A DNA stretch of 64,000 nt from IMGVR_UViG_3300027782_000027:176760-240759; one strand, 5' to 3'. Shown: positions 1 to 9,649, numbered from the stretch's first letter. Numbers and translations: made by a program. The notes: generated by a model not told the origin, from the sequence alone.

Positions 1-2
1 GT

Positions 3-3000
3 AGTTCAGGGACTAGTGGAACATCTGGTTCAAGTGGTTCAAGTGGTTCTTCAGGGTCTAGTGGTAGTGTAGGAACAAGCGGAACTTCTGGTTCTTCAGG
101 AAGTAGTGGAAGTGCTGGGTCATCTGGTTCAAGTGGTTCGTCGGGTACATCAGGTGCTAATGGAAGCTCTGGTAGTTCAGGTTCAAGTGGTAGTTCAGGG
201 ACAAGTGGTTCGTCAGGTTCTAGCGGAAGTGCTGGAAGCTCAGGAAGTTCTGGTTCTGTTGGGACATCAGGTTCGTCAGGTACTTCAGGTTCAAGCGGTT
301 CTTCAGGTAGTAGTGGCTCAAGTGGTAGTTCAGGAAGTTCTGGTTCTGCGGGTACTTCAGGTTCAAGTGGAAGTGCTGGAACTAGTGGTTCATCTGGTAG
401 TTCAGGGTCTGCTGGTAGTTCAGGGTCAAGTGGAGTAACTGGTTCTTCAGGTACTAGCGGGTCTTCAGGAAGTTCTGGTAGTTCAGGTTCTAGTGGAAGT
501 GTTGGAACTAGCGGTTCATCAGGTACAAGTGGTTCATCCGGCTCAAGTGGAAGTTCTGGTTCATCAGGAAGTTCTGGTTCAACAGGTTCATCAGGAAGTT
601 CTGGTTCAACAGGTTCATCAGGAACAAGTGGTACGTCAGGTAGTAGCGGTTCTAGTGGTAGTACAGGGACTAGTGGTTCGTCAGGAAGTTCTGGCTCAGC
701 TGGTACAAGCGGAAGTTCAGGTTCTACAGGTAGTAGTGGGTCTAGCGGAAGTGCGGGTTCTTCAGGAAGTGTAGGGACTAGTGGAACATCTGGTTCTAGT
801 GGTAGTTCTGGTTCTAGTGGAAGTACGGGTAGTTCAGGTACTAGCGGTAGTAGTGGTTCATCAGGAAGTTCTGGTTCCACAGGTTCTTCGGGAAGTAGTG
901 GAACATCAGGTTCTGTAGGTTCATCAGGTACTAGTGGTTCTTCAGGTTCTAGTGGAAGTGCTGGAAGTTCAGGTTCAACTGGTACATCTGGTTCTTCAGG
1001 TTCAGTAGGAACAAGTGGAACTTCTGGTTCAAGTGGTAGTTCAGGTTCTTCAGGTTCAGTAGGAACAAGTGGAACTTCTGGTTCAAGTGGTAGTTCAGGT
1101 TCTTCTGGAACTAGTGGAAGTGTTGGTACAAGTGGTTCATCTGGAACATCAGGTTCTAGTGGTAGTTCAGGAAGTTCTGGTTCATCAGGAAGTTCGGGTT
1201 CCACAGGTTCTTCGGGAACATCAGGAAGTACTGGAAGTTCAGGGTCTAGTGGAAGTACTGGTAGTTCAGGGACTAGTGGTTCGTCAGGGTCTAGCGGAAG
1301 TTCAGGTACATCAGGTACTTCTGGTTCAAGTGGGTCTTCAGGTTCTAGTGGAAGTGTTGGAACATCAGGTACGAGCGGTTCGTCAGGTTCTAGTGGTAGC
1401 ACTGGAAGCTCAGGAAGTGCGGGTACATCAGGTAGTTCAGGTTCTGTAGGTACAAGTGGTAGTTCTGGAAGCTCAGGAAGTTCTGGTTCATCAGGTTCTG
1501 CGGGAAGTGCTGGTACATCAGGAACATCAGGTTCATCGGGAAGTAGTGGTAGTTCAGGGTCATCTGGTTCAGCAGGTACATCAGGTGCTAATGGAAGTTC
1601 TGGTACTTCAGGAACATCTGGTTCTTCAGGTTCAAGTGGAAGTAGTGGTTCATCAGGAAGTGTGGGTACATCTGGTTCATCTGGTACATCTGGTACATCA
1701 GGAACATCTGGTTCAAGTGGCTCAGCAGGTTCTAGCGGAAGTGCTGGAAGCTCAGGAAGTAGCGGTTCATCTGGTACATCAGGAGCTAATGGAAGTAGTG
1801 GAACATCTGGTTCTTCAGGTTCAAGTGGTAGTAGTGGTAGTTCAGGTTCAGCTGGTTCTTCTGGAACATCAGGTTCTAGCGGAAGCTCAGGAAGTACTGG
1901 TTCATCTGGTTCTTCTGGTACTTCAGGAAGTAGTGGAAGTTCTGGAACATCAGGTTCAAGCGGTTCATCAGGTAGTTCAGGAAGTGTTGGAACAAGTGGA
2001 AGTTCTGGAACTTCAGGTTCAAGTGGTTCGTCAGGTTCTAGTGGTAGTGCTGGAAGCTCTGGTACGTCAGGTACTAGTGGTTCATCAGGAACTTCAGGTT
2101 CAAGTGGTTCGTCAGGTTCTAGTGGTAGTACTGGAAGCTCAGGAAGTACTGGTACAAGTGGAAGTTCTGGTTCATCAGGTAGTTCAGGAAGTGTTGGTAC
2201 AAGTGGAAGTTCAGGTTCTGCCGGAACGTCTGGTTCATCAGGAAGTTCGGGTTCAAGCGGTAGTAGTGGAAGTTCAGGTTCTACTGGTTCAAGAGGAACA
2301 TCAGGAACATCAGGTAGTAGTGGTACAAGTGGAACATCAGGTACTTCTGGTTCATCAGGTTCTAGCGGAAGTGCTGGTTCATCAGGTACATCGGGAGCTA
2401 ACGGAAGTTCAGGTACAAGTGGTACTTCAGGAAGTAGTGGAAGTTCAGGGTCTAGCGGTAGTGCTGGAAGTTCAGGTTCTACTGGTACAAGTGGCTCTTC
2501 AGGAAGTTCTGGTACAAGTGGCTCTTCAGGAAGTTCTGGTTCATCGGGTAGTAGTGGAAGTGCGGGGTCATCTGGTTCATCAGGTACATCAGGTGCTAAT
2601 GGAAGTTATGGTACTTCAGGTACTAGTGGAAGTTCAGGGTCTAGCGGTAGTGCTGGAAGTTCTGGTTCTGTAGGTACAAGTGGCTCATCAGGTTCTAGCG
2701 GAAGCGCTGGAAGTTCAGGAAGTACTGGCTCAAGTGGTAGTTCTGGTTCGTCAGGAACAAGTGGTGCTAATGGTAGTTCAGGAACGTCTGGTTCAAGTGG
2801 CTCATCTGGTTCTTCAGGAAGTAGTGGTAGTTCTGGTTCTGTTGGAACATCAGGTTCTAGCGGTTCATCAGGAAGTTCTGGTTCTTCAGGAAGTACAGGT
2901 TCAAGTGGAACATCAGGTACTTCTGGTTCGTCAGGTTCTAGCGGTTCATCAGGAAGTAGTGGTAGTGCAGGTTCTTCAGGAACATCAGGGGCTAACGGTT

Positions 3001-6000
3001 CTTCAGGTACAAGTGGTTCGTCAGGTTCTAGCGGTAGTACTGGAAGCTCAGGAAGTAGTGGTACATCGGGTGCTAATGGAAGCAGCGGAACATCAGGAAG
3101 TTCAGGGTCTAGTGGTTCTTCAGGAACTGCTGGCTCAAGTGGATTATCAGGAAACGACTCTTCTAACTCAGGTAGATGGAGATATAATGGAACAGGTACT
3201 ACACCTGCAGCAACATTCTTTCAGACAGATAGTACAACAATATCTTCAATTACTAATGTCTATATAAACATTGATGATATAAATTCCACATCTTATGCTT
3301 CGTGGTTTTCTGGAATAGATACCATACAGGCTCTTGGTAATACTGTTTATTTACAAATCACACAAGTAGGTTCTAACAATATTATTGGTATATGGGATGT
3401 TGCAGGAATTACAGTAACCGGTAGTGTTTATAGATGGATATTCAAAGGTAATATTGTTGCAAATGGAACTTTATCCAGTACAGAATATACAATATCATGG
3501 GTATTTAATGGTCTTAATGGTTCATCTGGTACGAGCGGAAGTTCTGGAACATCAGGTTCAAGCGGAAGTTCGGGCAGTTCAGGTTCGTCAGGTAATACTG
3601 GAAGTTCAGGAACATCAGGTTCATCAGGAACTAGCGGTTCATCAGGTAGTGCTGGCTCAAGTGGAAGTTCAGGTAATACAGGTTCTTCGGGTACAAGTGG
3701 TAGTTCAGGGTCTTCAGGTAGTGTAGGTACATCTGGAACGAGTGGAACATCGGGTACTAGTGGAAGTTCAGGTTCATCAGGAAGTGCTGGTACGAGTGGA
3801 AGTTCAGGAACATCGGGTTCAAGTGGTAGTTCAGGTTCGTCAGGTAATACTGGAAGTTCAGGTTCTTCAGGAACATCAGGGTCCAGTGGTAGTTCAGGAA
3901 GTACAGGTTCTTCAGGTTCAAGTGGAACATCAGGAAGTTCAGGGTCTAGTGGTTCTTCAGGTTCTAGTGGTAGTGCTGGAAGTTCTGGTACATCAGGTGC
4001 TAATGGTAGTTCAGGAACATCTGGCTCAAGCGGTTCATCTGGCTCAAGTGGAAGTAGTGGTAGTTCTGGTTCAGTTGGAACATCAGGTTCTAGTGGAAGT
4101 AGTGGTAGTTCAGGGTCTTCAGGAAGTACTGGTTCAAGAGGAACAAGCGGTTCTTCAGGAACATCGGGAAGCTCAGGTTCAAGTGGTTCATCAGGTACTT
4201 CAGGTTCTAACGGAAGTTCAGGAACATCAGGAAGTGCTGGTTCAAGTGGTAGTTCAGGTTCATCAGGTTCAAGTGGAACATCAGGTTCTAATGGTAGCTC
4301 TGGTACATCAGGTAGTTCTGGTTCAAGTGGTAGTAGTGGTTCTAGCGGTAGTGCTGGTACTTCAGGTTCAGTAGGGACAAGTGGCTCTTCAGGAAGTGCG
4401 GGTAGTTCAGGGTCAAGTGGAAATACAGGCTCTTCGGGTACTAGCGGTTCATCAGGAACATCAGGTTCTTCTGGCTCAAGTGGCTCGTCAGGGTCTGGTG
4501 GAAGCTCAGGTACATCGGGTAGTAGTGGAACATCAGGGTCTTCAGGCTCAAGTGGAAGTTCAGGTAGTACAGGTTCATCGGGTTCATCTGGTATTACAGG
4601 TTCTTCAGGAACTAGTGGTAGTTCAGGTACATCAGGAAGTTCGGGTTCATCAGGTAGTAGTGGAAGCACTGGCTCAAGTGGTACTGGAGGTTCTTCAGGA
4701 ACATCAGGTTCTTCTGGTTCAAGTGGAAGCTCAGGTTCTTCGGGTAATAGCGGTTCATCGGGAACTTCTGGGTCAAGTGGAACATCAGGTTCTTCTGGCT
4801 CTTCAGGTAGTTCTGGGTCTAGCGGAAGTGCTGGCTCAAGTGGTAGTTCAGGTTCATCGGGTATTACTGGAAGTAGTGGAACAAGTGGTTCTTCTGGCTC
4901 AAGCGGAAGTTCAGGAACATCGGGTTCTTCGGGTACTTCAGGGTCAAGTGGTTCTTCAGGAAGTAGCGGAAGTTCGGGTAATACAGGTTCTTCTGGAACT
5001 AGCGGTTCATCAGGTAGTGCTGGTTCAAGCGGAAGTTCGGGTAATACAGGTTCTTCTGGAACTAGCGGTTCATCAGGTAGTGCTGGTTCAAGCGGAAGTT
5101 CGGGTAATACAGGTTCTTCGGGTACAAGTGGTAGTTCTGGAACATCGGGGTCAACAGGTTCTTCAGGAAGTTCTGGGATTACTGGTTCCTCAGGTACTTC
5201 TGGTTCAGGTTCTGCTGGTTCATCAGGTTCTAGCGGAAGTGGGTCATCAGGAACAAGTGGATTAGATGGTATAAGTGGAACATCTGGCTCAAGTGGTATT
5301 ACTGGTTCATCAGGTACTTCAGGTTCTGGCTCATCAGGAAGTTCAGGGTCTAGTGGAAGTACGGGTTCGTCAGGAACATCAGGTTCGTCAGGAACATCAG
5401 GAAGTTCAGGTTCTAGTGGTAGTTCTGGTTCAAGTGGGAGTACTGGTTCAAGAGGAACTTCTGGAAGTCAAGGTAACAAAGGAGGTCTTCAGTATATCTA
5501 TGGTAATGGAGCCGGTACAGCACCTTCTTCAGGTCAATTTAGTTATAATGGTGCAGGTTCTTCAGTTTATGATTTGAAATTTAATGTAACAACCGCGGAT
5601 TCTGCAAATATTAGTGATTATTTTTTCAATTTAGTTGGAAAAAGTGGGATTGTATATTTGATTTTCAATTTAAATGGTTCAAACAAAATTGATATTTATA
5701 GCTTTAATAACGTTTCGGTAAGTGGTAGTGATTATCTTTTTACAGGAGCTTTAGATACAAATGCTGGAGATACAACACTTACAACTAGTGATTTATGTGC
5801 AATTACCATAATTGTTAATGGAGCATCAGGTGCTAATGGTAGTTCAGGAACTTCAGGTTCAAGTGGTAGTAGTGGAAGTACTGGTTCAAGAGGAACATCG
5901 GGTTCTTCAGGTTCAAGCGGAAGTTCTGGTTCATCAGGGACTAGCGGTTCATCAGGAACTTCAGGTTCTAGTGGAAGTTCAGGTTCTAGTGGAAGTTCTG

Positions 6001-6326
6001 GTTCAAGTGGTTCTTCAGGAACTTCAGGTTCAAGTGGAAGTACAGGTTCAAGAGGAACATCTGGAAGCTCAGGAACTAGTGGTACTTCAGGTTCATCGGG
6101 TTCTTCGGGTACTTCAGGTTCAAATGGTTCATCTGGTACAAGTGGTAGTTCAGGTTCATCGGGTAGTTCAGGTTCATCAGGGACTAGCGGTTCATCAGGA
6201 AGTTCTGGAATTACTGGCTCTTCAGGAACATCAGGTTCAGGTTCATCAGGAACTAGTGGAGCTGCGGGCGGAACATTCACATTAGGAATTGTTTACACAA
6301 CCGCAAACAATTTTAACTTTATATAA
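3..6326 (+). CDS. Giant Gly-X-Y (X,Y mostly Ser/Thr) repeat fibre protein with two globular inserts; 5'-partial (>2100 aa)
   Basis: Frame 3 reads agt tca ggg act agt gga (SSGTSG) from base 3 and stays in the Gly-X-Y register through the track's GTG at 1662, which is an internal Val codon, to TAA at 6326. The true start lies upstream of the window. Confidence 0.9.
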   Translation, partial: SSGTSGTSGSSGSSGSSGSSGSVGTSGTSGSSGSSGSAGSSGSSGSSGTSGANGSSGSSGSSGSSGTSGSSGSSGSAGSSGSSGSVGTSGSSGTSGSSGSSGSSGSSGSSGSSGSAGTSGSSGSAGTSGSSGSSGSAGSSGSSGVTGSSGTSGSSGSSGSSGSSGSVGTSGSSGTSGSSGSSGSSGSSGSSGSTGSSGSSGSTGSSGTSGTSGSSGSSGSTGTSGSSGSSGSAGTSGSSGSTGSSGSSGSAGSSGSVGTSGTSGSSGSSGSSGSTGSSGTSGSSGSSGSSGSTGSSGSSGTSGSVGSSGTSGSSGSSGSAGSSGSTGTSGSSGSVGTSGTSGSSGSSGSSGSVGTSGTSGSSGSSGSSGTSGSVGTSGSSGTSGSSGSSGSSGSSGSSGSTGSSGTSGSTGSSGSSGSTGSSGTSGSSGSSGSSGTSGTSGSSGSSGSSGSVGTSGTSGSSGSSGSTGSSGSAGTSGSSGSVGTSGSSGSSGSSGSSGSAGSAGTSGTSGSSGSSGSSGSSGSAGTSGANGSSGTSGTSGSSGSSGSSGSSGSVGTSGSSGTSGTSGTSGSSGSAGSSGSAGSSGSSGSSGTSGANGSSGTSGSSGSSGSSGSSGSAGSSGTSGSSGSSGSTGSSGSSGTSGSSGSSGTSGSSGSSGSSGSVGTSGSSGTSGSSGSSGSSGSAGSSGTSGTSGSSGTSGSSGSSGSSGSTGSSGSTGTSGSSGSSGSSGSVGTSGSSGSAGTSGSSGSSGSSGSSGSSGSTGSRGTSGTSGSSGTSGTSGTSGSSGSSGSAGSSGTSGANGSSGTSGTSGSSGSSGSSGSAGSSGSTGTSGSSGSSGTSGSSGSSGSSGSSGSAGSSGSSGTSGANGSYGTSGTSGSSGSSGSAGSSGSVGTSGSSGSSGSAGSSGSTGSSGSSGSSGTSGANGSSGTSGSSGSSGSSGSSGSSGSVGTSGSSGSSGSSGSSGSTGSSGTSGTSGSSGSSGSSGSSGSAGSSGTSGANGSSGTSGSSGSSGSTGSSGSSGTSGANGSSGTSGSSGSSGSSGTAGSSGLSGNDSSNSGRWRYNGTGTTPAATFFQTDSTTISSITNVYINIDDINSTSYASWFSGIDTIQALGNTVYLQITQVGSNNIIGIWDVAGITVTGSVYRWIFKGNIVANGTLSSTEYTISWVFNGLNGSSGTSGSSGTSGSSGSSGSSGSSGNTGSSGTSGSSGTSGSSGSAGSSGSSGNTGSSGTSGSSGSSGSVGTSGTSGTSGTSGSSGSSGSAGTSGSSGTSGSSGSSGSSGNTGSSGSSGTSGSSGSSGSTGSSGSSGTSGSSGSSGSSGSSGSAGSSGTSGANGSSGTSGSSGSSGSSGSSGSSGSVGTSGSSGSSGSSGSSGSTGSRGTSGSSGTSGSSGSSGSSGTSGSNGSSGTSGSAGSSGSSGSSGSSGTSGSNGSSGTSGSSGSSGSSGSSGSAGTSGSVGTSGSSGSAGSSGSSGNTGSSGTSGSSGTSGSSGSSGSSGSGGSSGTSGSSGTSGSSGSSGSSGSTGSSGSSGITGSSGTSGSSGTSGSSGSSGSSGSTGSSGTGGSSGTSGSSGSSGSSGSSGNSGSSGTSGSSGTSGSSGSSGSSGSSGSAGSSGSSGSSGITGSSGTSGSSGSSGSSGTSGSSGTSGSSGSSGSSGSSGNTGSSGTSGSSGSAGSSGSSGNTGSSGTSGSSGSAGSSGSSGNTGSSGTSGSSGTSGSTGSSGSSGITGSSGTSGSGSAGSSGSSGSGSSGTSGLDGISGTSGSSGITGSSGTSGSGSSGSSGSSGSTGSSGTSGSSGTSGSSGSSGSSGSSGSTGSRGTSGSQGNKGGLQYIYGNGAGTAPSSGQFSYNGAGSSVYDLKFNVTTADSANISDYFFNLVGKSGIVYLIFNLNGSNKIDIYSFNNVSVSGSDYLFTGALDTNAGDTTLTTSDLCAITIIVNGASGANGSSGTSGSSGSSGSTGSRGTSGSSGSSGSSGSSGTSGSSGTSGSSGSSGSSGSSGSSGSSGTSGSSGSTGSRGTSGSSGTSGTSGSSGSSGTSGSNGSSGTSGSSGSSGSSGSSGTSGSSGSSGITGSSGTSGSGSSGTSGAAGGTFTLGIVYTTANNFNFI
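990..1097 (+). repeat. Exact 54-bp tandem duplication inside the Gly-Ser gene
   Basis: ggttcttcaggttcagtaggaacaagtggaacttctggttcaagtggtagttca at 990-1043 and 1044-1097. Confidence 0.85.
4965..5119 (+). repeat. Exact 63-bp tandem repeat (about 2.5 copies) inside the Gly-Ser gene
   Basis: agcggaagttcgggtaatacaggttcttctggaactagcggttcatcaggtagtgctggttca starts at 4965 and 5028, with a partial copy at 5091. Confidence 0.85.
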
Positions 6327-6334
6327 TATTTATA
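6327..6334 (+). promoter_or_regulatory. Putative phage late promoter TATTTATA
   Basis: Member of a motif recurring upstream of more than 10 genes. Confidence 0.55.
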
Positions 6335-6362
6335 ATAAACTAAATTAAACTAATATAATAAT

Positions 6363-6782
6363 ATGCCAGCGAATACAGCTCCAATCTTTACACTATTACC
6401 TGAGATTATGTGGGATAATACTATCACAACTGCTAATAATACTGGTGATTTAACTTCAGGTACAGTTTATCCTGTATTTACCGCAGGTACCAATGGTAGT
6501 TATGTGCAAAAAATAAGATTTAGACATACAGGTGCCAATTCGGCGGCAACTGTTGCTCGTGTTTGGATTAATAATGGTTCTGCGACTACTAGTGCAATTA
6601 ATAACACTTTATTTGATGAAATAACAATTGCTGCAAACGCCACATTTACAACGAATGCCGCCTCAACCAACTATGAATTACCACTTATGTTTGGTTTACC
6701 TCCTAATTATAGACTTTATGTAACAATCGGTGCGGCTGCTGCAGGTGGTATTGATGCAACGGTTATAGGAGGAGACTACTAA
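6363..6782 (+). CDS. Hypothetical tail-fibre-associated beta-rich virion protein
   Basis: 139-aa Thr/Ala/Asn-rich ORF directly after the fibre gene. Confidence 0.7.
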   Translation: MPANTAPIFTLLPEIMWDNTITTANNTGDLTSGTVYPVFTAGTNGSYVQKIRFRHTGANSAATVARVWINNGSATTSAINNTLFDEITIAANATFTTNAASTNYELPLMFGLPPNYRLYVTIGAAAAGGIDATVIGGDY

Positions 6783-6967
6783 TGTTAATATACCAATTAA
6801 TACAATTTGACTATGGTTCGCCAGTATCTATGGGATATATGGAAATAGATTGGATGGCAGGACAATGTTTAAGATTAACCGATTTAGACGGTAATACTTT
6901 AGATTTGACAATAAATTTCGGATACCGAGTTGTTGATTCAAACCCTCCAAGACCATCATGGGCTTAA
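6782..6967 (+). CDS. Small hypothetical protein (possible fibre/adhesin connector or chaperone)
   Basis: 61 aa, coupled by a TAATG overlap. Confidence 0.65.
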   Translation: MLIYQLIQFDYGSPVSMGYMEIDWMAGQCLRLTDLDGNTLDLTINFGYRVVDSNPPRPSWA

Positions 6968-6973
6968 AAAATT

Positions 6974-7870
6974 ATGATTGACTATTACAATTTAGCTGAC
7001 AATCAATATAAAAATCAAGTATATACCGGGTCTATAGGTACTAATACTACTTTCATGGTTTATTATTGGATTAAACCAAGAGGTGTTACTATGGTACATA
7101 TTACTGCTATTGGTGCTGGAGGTGGTGGAGGTGGTGGTAATTCTTCTGCGAGTACTGCGGCTTCAGGTGGTTCTGGTGGTGGTTCAGGAGCTATTACAAG
7201 ATTAACAATCCCCGCTATTTTTTTACCCGACCAACTTAGAATAATTGTTGCCGCTGGTGGTTCTGGAGGAACTACAGGTGGAGGTAATACTGCAGCTAAT
7301 ACTTTTGTTGAAGTTGCTAGAGGTTCTGCGGTTGCGGCTACCTATGTGTTACAAGCTAACGGTGGTGGTGGAGGTAACGTAGGTGCTGCGGGAGCAGCTT
7401 CTGCGGGTGGTGGAGCCGGAGCTATAGGTGTTCAAACTAATGCAGTATATCAGGCTTTAGGTACGTTTTCAGTTATTGCAGGTCAAGCGGGTGCTGCAGG
7501 TGCAAATGGTGCCGTAGGGGGTACAATAACAATTAACGGTAATGCTACAACAGTATCAGGAGGTGCCGCTGGAGGTGGGAAAAGTGCAGCTAATACCTCA
7601 TTTGGTGGTGGTAATATCAATCCTATTGGGCAAATACCTACAGGTAATGGAGGAAGCGCGGGTGGAACTAATAATGGTGATACAGGAACTTATACGTTTA
7701 ATGGATTTTATAGTGCAGGAGGTGCTGGTGGAGGTGCTTTTGCAACAGGTACTGCGGGCAGAGGAGGTGATGGTGGACCTGGCAGCGGTGGAGGTGGTGG
7801 TGGTTCAGGAGTAACTGGAGGTAATGGAGGTAATGGTGGACCCGGTATGGTAATAATAACATGTTGGTAA
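6974..7870 (+). CDS. Glycine-rich (polyglycine) adhesin-like protein, paralogue 1
   Basis: WIKPRGVTMVHITAIGAGGGGGGG ... GGNGGPGMVIITCW. Confidence 0.8.
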   Translation: MIDYYNLADNQYKNQVYTGSIGTNTTFMVYYWIKPRGVTMVHITAIGAGGGGGGGNSSASTAASGGSGGGSGAITRLTIPAIFLPDQLRIIVAAGGSGGTTGGGNTAANTFVEVARGSAVAATYVLQANGGGGGNVGAAGAASAGGGAGAIGVQTNAVYQALGTFSVIAGQAGAAGANGAVGGTITINGNATTVSGGAAGGGKSAANTSFGGGNINPIGQIPTGNGGSAGGTNNGDTGTYTFNGFYSAGGAGGGAFATGTAGRGGDGGPGSGGGGGGSGVTGGNGGNGGPGMVIITCW

Positions 7871-7882
7871 TAAGTATAAAAT

Positions 7883-8761
7883 ATGAGTTTTGTATATGAT
7901 TTAGCGGACACAAGTTATAAGACCGCAGTGTTTTATCAGTCAGGTAGTTGGATAAAACCACAAGGTATAACCATGATATCTATCACGGCTATTGGTGCTG
8001 GTGGTGGAGGTAGTGGAGGGGCTACTAATACATCTGCTAACGCAAGGTCAGGAGGTGGTGGAGGTGGTTCAGGTAGTATTACAAGATTGACTATTCCTGA
8101 AATGTTTATAACTGATTCATTAATTATAAATATTGGTACGGGTGGTAACGGAGGTGCTGCTGGTTTAGGAAATGGAGGTAGTGGAGGGTCAACAATTGTT
8201 GACATGCCTGTTCCGGGTAATGGTGACATATATACAAGAGTAATAGTTGCTACTGGAGGGTCAGGAGCAGTTGGTGCTACAGGAGGAGTGGCCGCAGGTG
8301 CAACTGACGTAGCCGCGGCATTATATTCGACATTAGGTATTTGGATGGCTATTGGAGGACAAGGAGGTGGTAACGGATTAACTGCCGCAGGTACTTCGGT
8401 AACATATGGAGCGACTATTGGACTACCAATTACCTCAGGTGCGGGAGGTGGTGGTATGGCCGCGGCAGGTACCACACCAACAAATGGTGGAGAAATTACA
8501 GGCGCAGGGTTTGTGTCTACAAACCCTGGTGGTATTTCAGGAGCTACAGGGAATAGAGGGGTTTATTCATTAACACCTTTTTATTCTACAGGAGGAAGTG
8601 GAGGTGGAGGTGGAGGGACAACTCCAGTTTCAGGTGGTGCAGGAGGTGATGGAAATATTGGATGTGGTGGTGGCGGTGGTGGAGGTGGTACTTCACCCAC
8701 AGGTGTTGGTGGCATTGGAGGAAAAGGTGGAGACGGTTTAGTAATAATACAATGTTGGTAA
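7883..8761 (+). CDS. Glycine-rich adhesin-like protein, paralogue 2
   Basis: WIKPQGITMISITAIGAGGGG ... GGKGGDGLVIIQCW. Confidence 0.8.
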   Translation: MSFVYDLADTSYKTAVFYQSGSWIKPQGITMISITAIGAGGGGSGGATNTSANARSGGGGGGSGSITRLTIPEMFITDSLIINIGTGGNGGAAGLGNGGSGGSTIVDMPVPGNGDIYTRVIVATGGSGAVGATGGVAAGATDVAAALYSTLGIWMAIGGQGGGNGLTAAGTSVTYGATIGLPITSGAGGGGMAAAGTTPTNGGEITGAGFVSTNPGGISGATGNRGVYSLTPFYSTGGSGGGGGGTTPVSGGAGGDGNIGCGGGGGGGGTSPTGVGGIGGKGGDGLVIIQCW

Positions 8762-8770
8762 TATAATAAT

Positions 8771-9649
8771 ATGGATTTTCAATATAATTTAACAAACAAC
8801 TCTCATAAGGTTTTCATTTACAACAGTGATGGTACTCACACATGTCAATTACCTAAAGGTGTGTCTATGGTATATGTTATTACAATAAGTGCTGGTGGAG
8901 GTGGTGGTGGAGGATTTACATCCGCCAGTGGAGCCGCTGGAGGAGGAGGTGGTGGAGGTACAGGAGCAGTCAACCGTATCATCATTCCAAAAATATTTTT
9001 GACAGATAGTTTAACAGTTGTAGTTGGTGCCGGAGGTGCCGGAGGTGCTGCAAATACTATTGGTTCTAACGGAGGGGCAACATCTGTAGGATTAAATGTG
9101 ACAACTGGTGGAGGTGCTCAATCATTTTTATTAAGTATTACTGCTGGTGGTGGAGGAGGAAACCCCGGAACTGTGGGGGCTGGTGGTACGGGAGGTGCTG
9201 CTGGAGCTACGTCATCGGTAAACAATATGGCTATGACAGCTTTAGGTGAGTTTGTATTAAGAGCTGGTATTGCGGGTGGTGATGGTAATGCGACTGGAGC
9301 TCCATTGGCTGGTATATACGGGTCAGGTATTGTTCCTTTATCCGCTGGTAGAGGTGGTGCGGGTCGTACAGCAGGTAACGTTCCAGCCGCTGGTGGTTCT
9401 ATTTCAGGTAGAGGATTTGTACAAGATGTTCCAGGAGGTACTTCAGGTGGTGGTACAGGTGTTGATGGTATGTTTATGCGGAAACCTTTTGTATCACTCG
9501 GTGGTACAGGTGGTGGTTCATCAACAGGTGTGGGTGGTAACGGTGGTAATGGAGGACCTGGTAGCGGTGGAGGCGGTGGTGGTGCTGGAACAACAGGAGG
9601 AACAGGAGGACGTGGTGGTAATGGCTTAGTAATTATAACTTGTTGGTAA
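8771..9649 (+). CDS. Glycine-rich adhesin-like protein, paralogue 3
   Basis: LPKGVSMVYVITISAGGGGGGG ... GGRGGNGLVIITCW. Confidence 0.8.
   Translation: MDFQYNLTNNSHKVFIYNSDGTHTCQLPKGVSMVYVITISAGGGGGGGFTSASGAAGGGGGGGTGAVNRIIIPKIFLTDSLTVVVGAGGAGGAANTIGSNGGATSVGLNVTTGGGAQSFLLSITAGGGGGNPGTVGAGGTGGAAGATSSVNNMAMTALGEFVLRAGIAGGDGNATGAPLAGIYGSGIVPLSAGRGGAGRTAGNVPAAGGSISGRGFVQDVPGGTSGGGTGVDGMFMRKPFVSLGGTGGGSSTGVGGNGGNGGPGSGGGGGGAGTTGGTGGRGGNGLVIITCW

Noticed and set aside
1662-1664. GTG as start of the fibre gene
   Set aside because: It is an internal Val; the frame is open from base 3.
1-6280. CRISPR array or non-coding satellite
   Set aside because: No repeat-spacer structure; the variation is synonymous within a coding frame.
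106-6285. Long V/Q/E/L-rich (+) and P/E/L/D-rich (-) ORFs
   Set aside because: Shadow frames of the Gly-Ser repeat; their composition follows directly from the repeat codons.
7542-9629. Pro-rich antisense and alternate-frame ORFs
   Set aside because: Complements of the polyglycine codons.
6974-9649. Diversity-generating retroelement acting on the adhesin paralogues
   Set aside because: No reverse transcriptase and no adenine-specific template/variable repeat pair seen.
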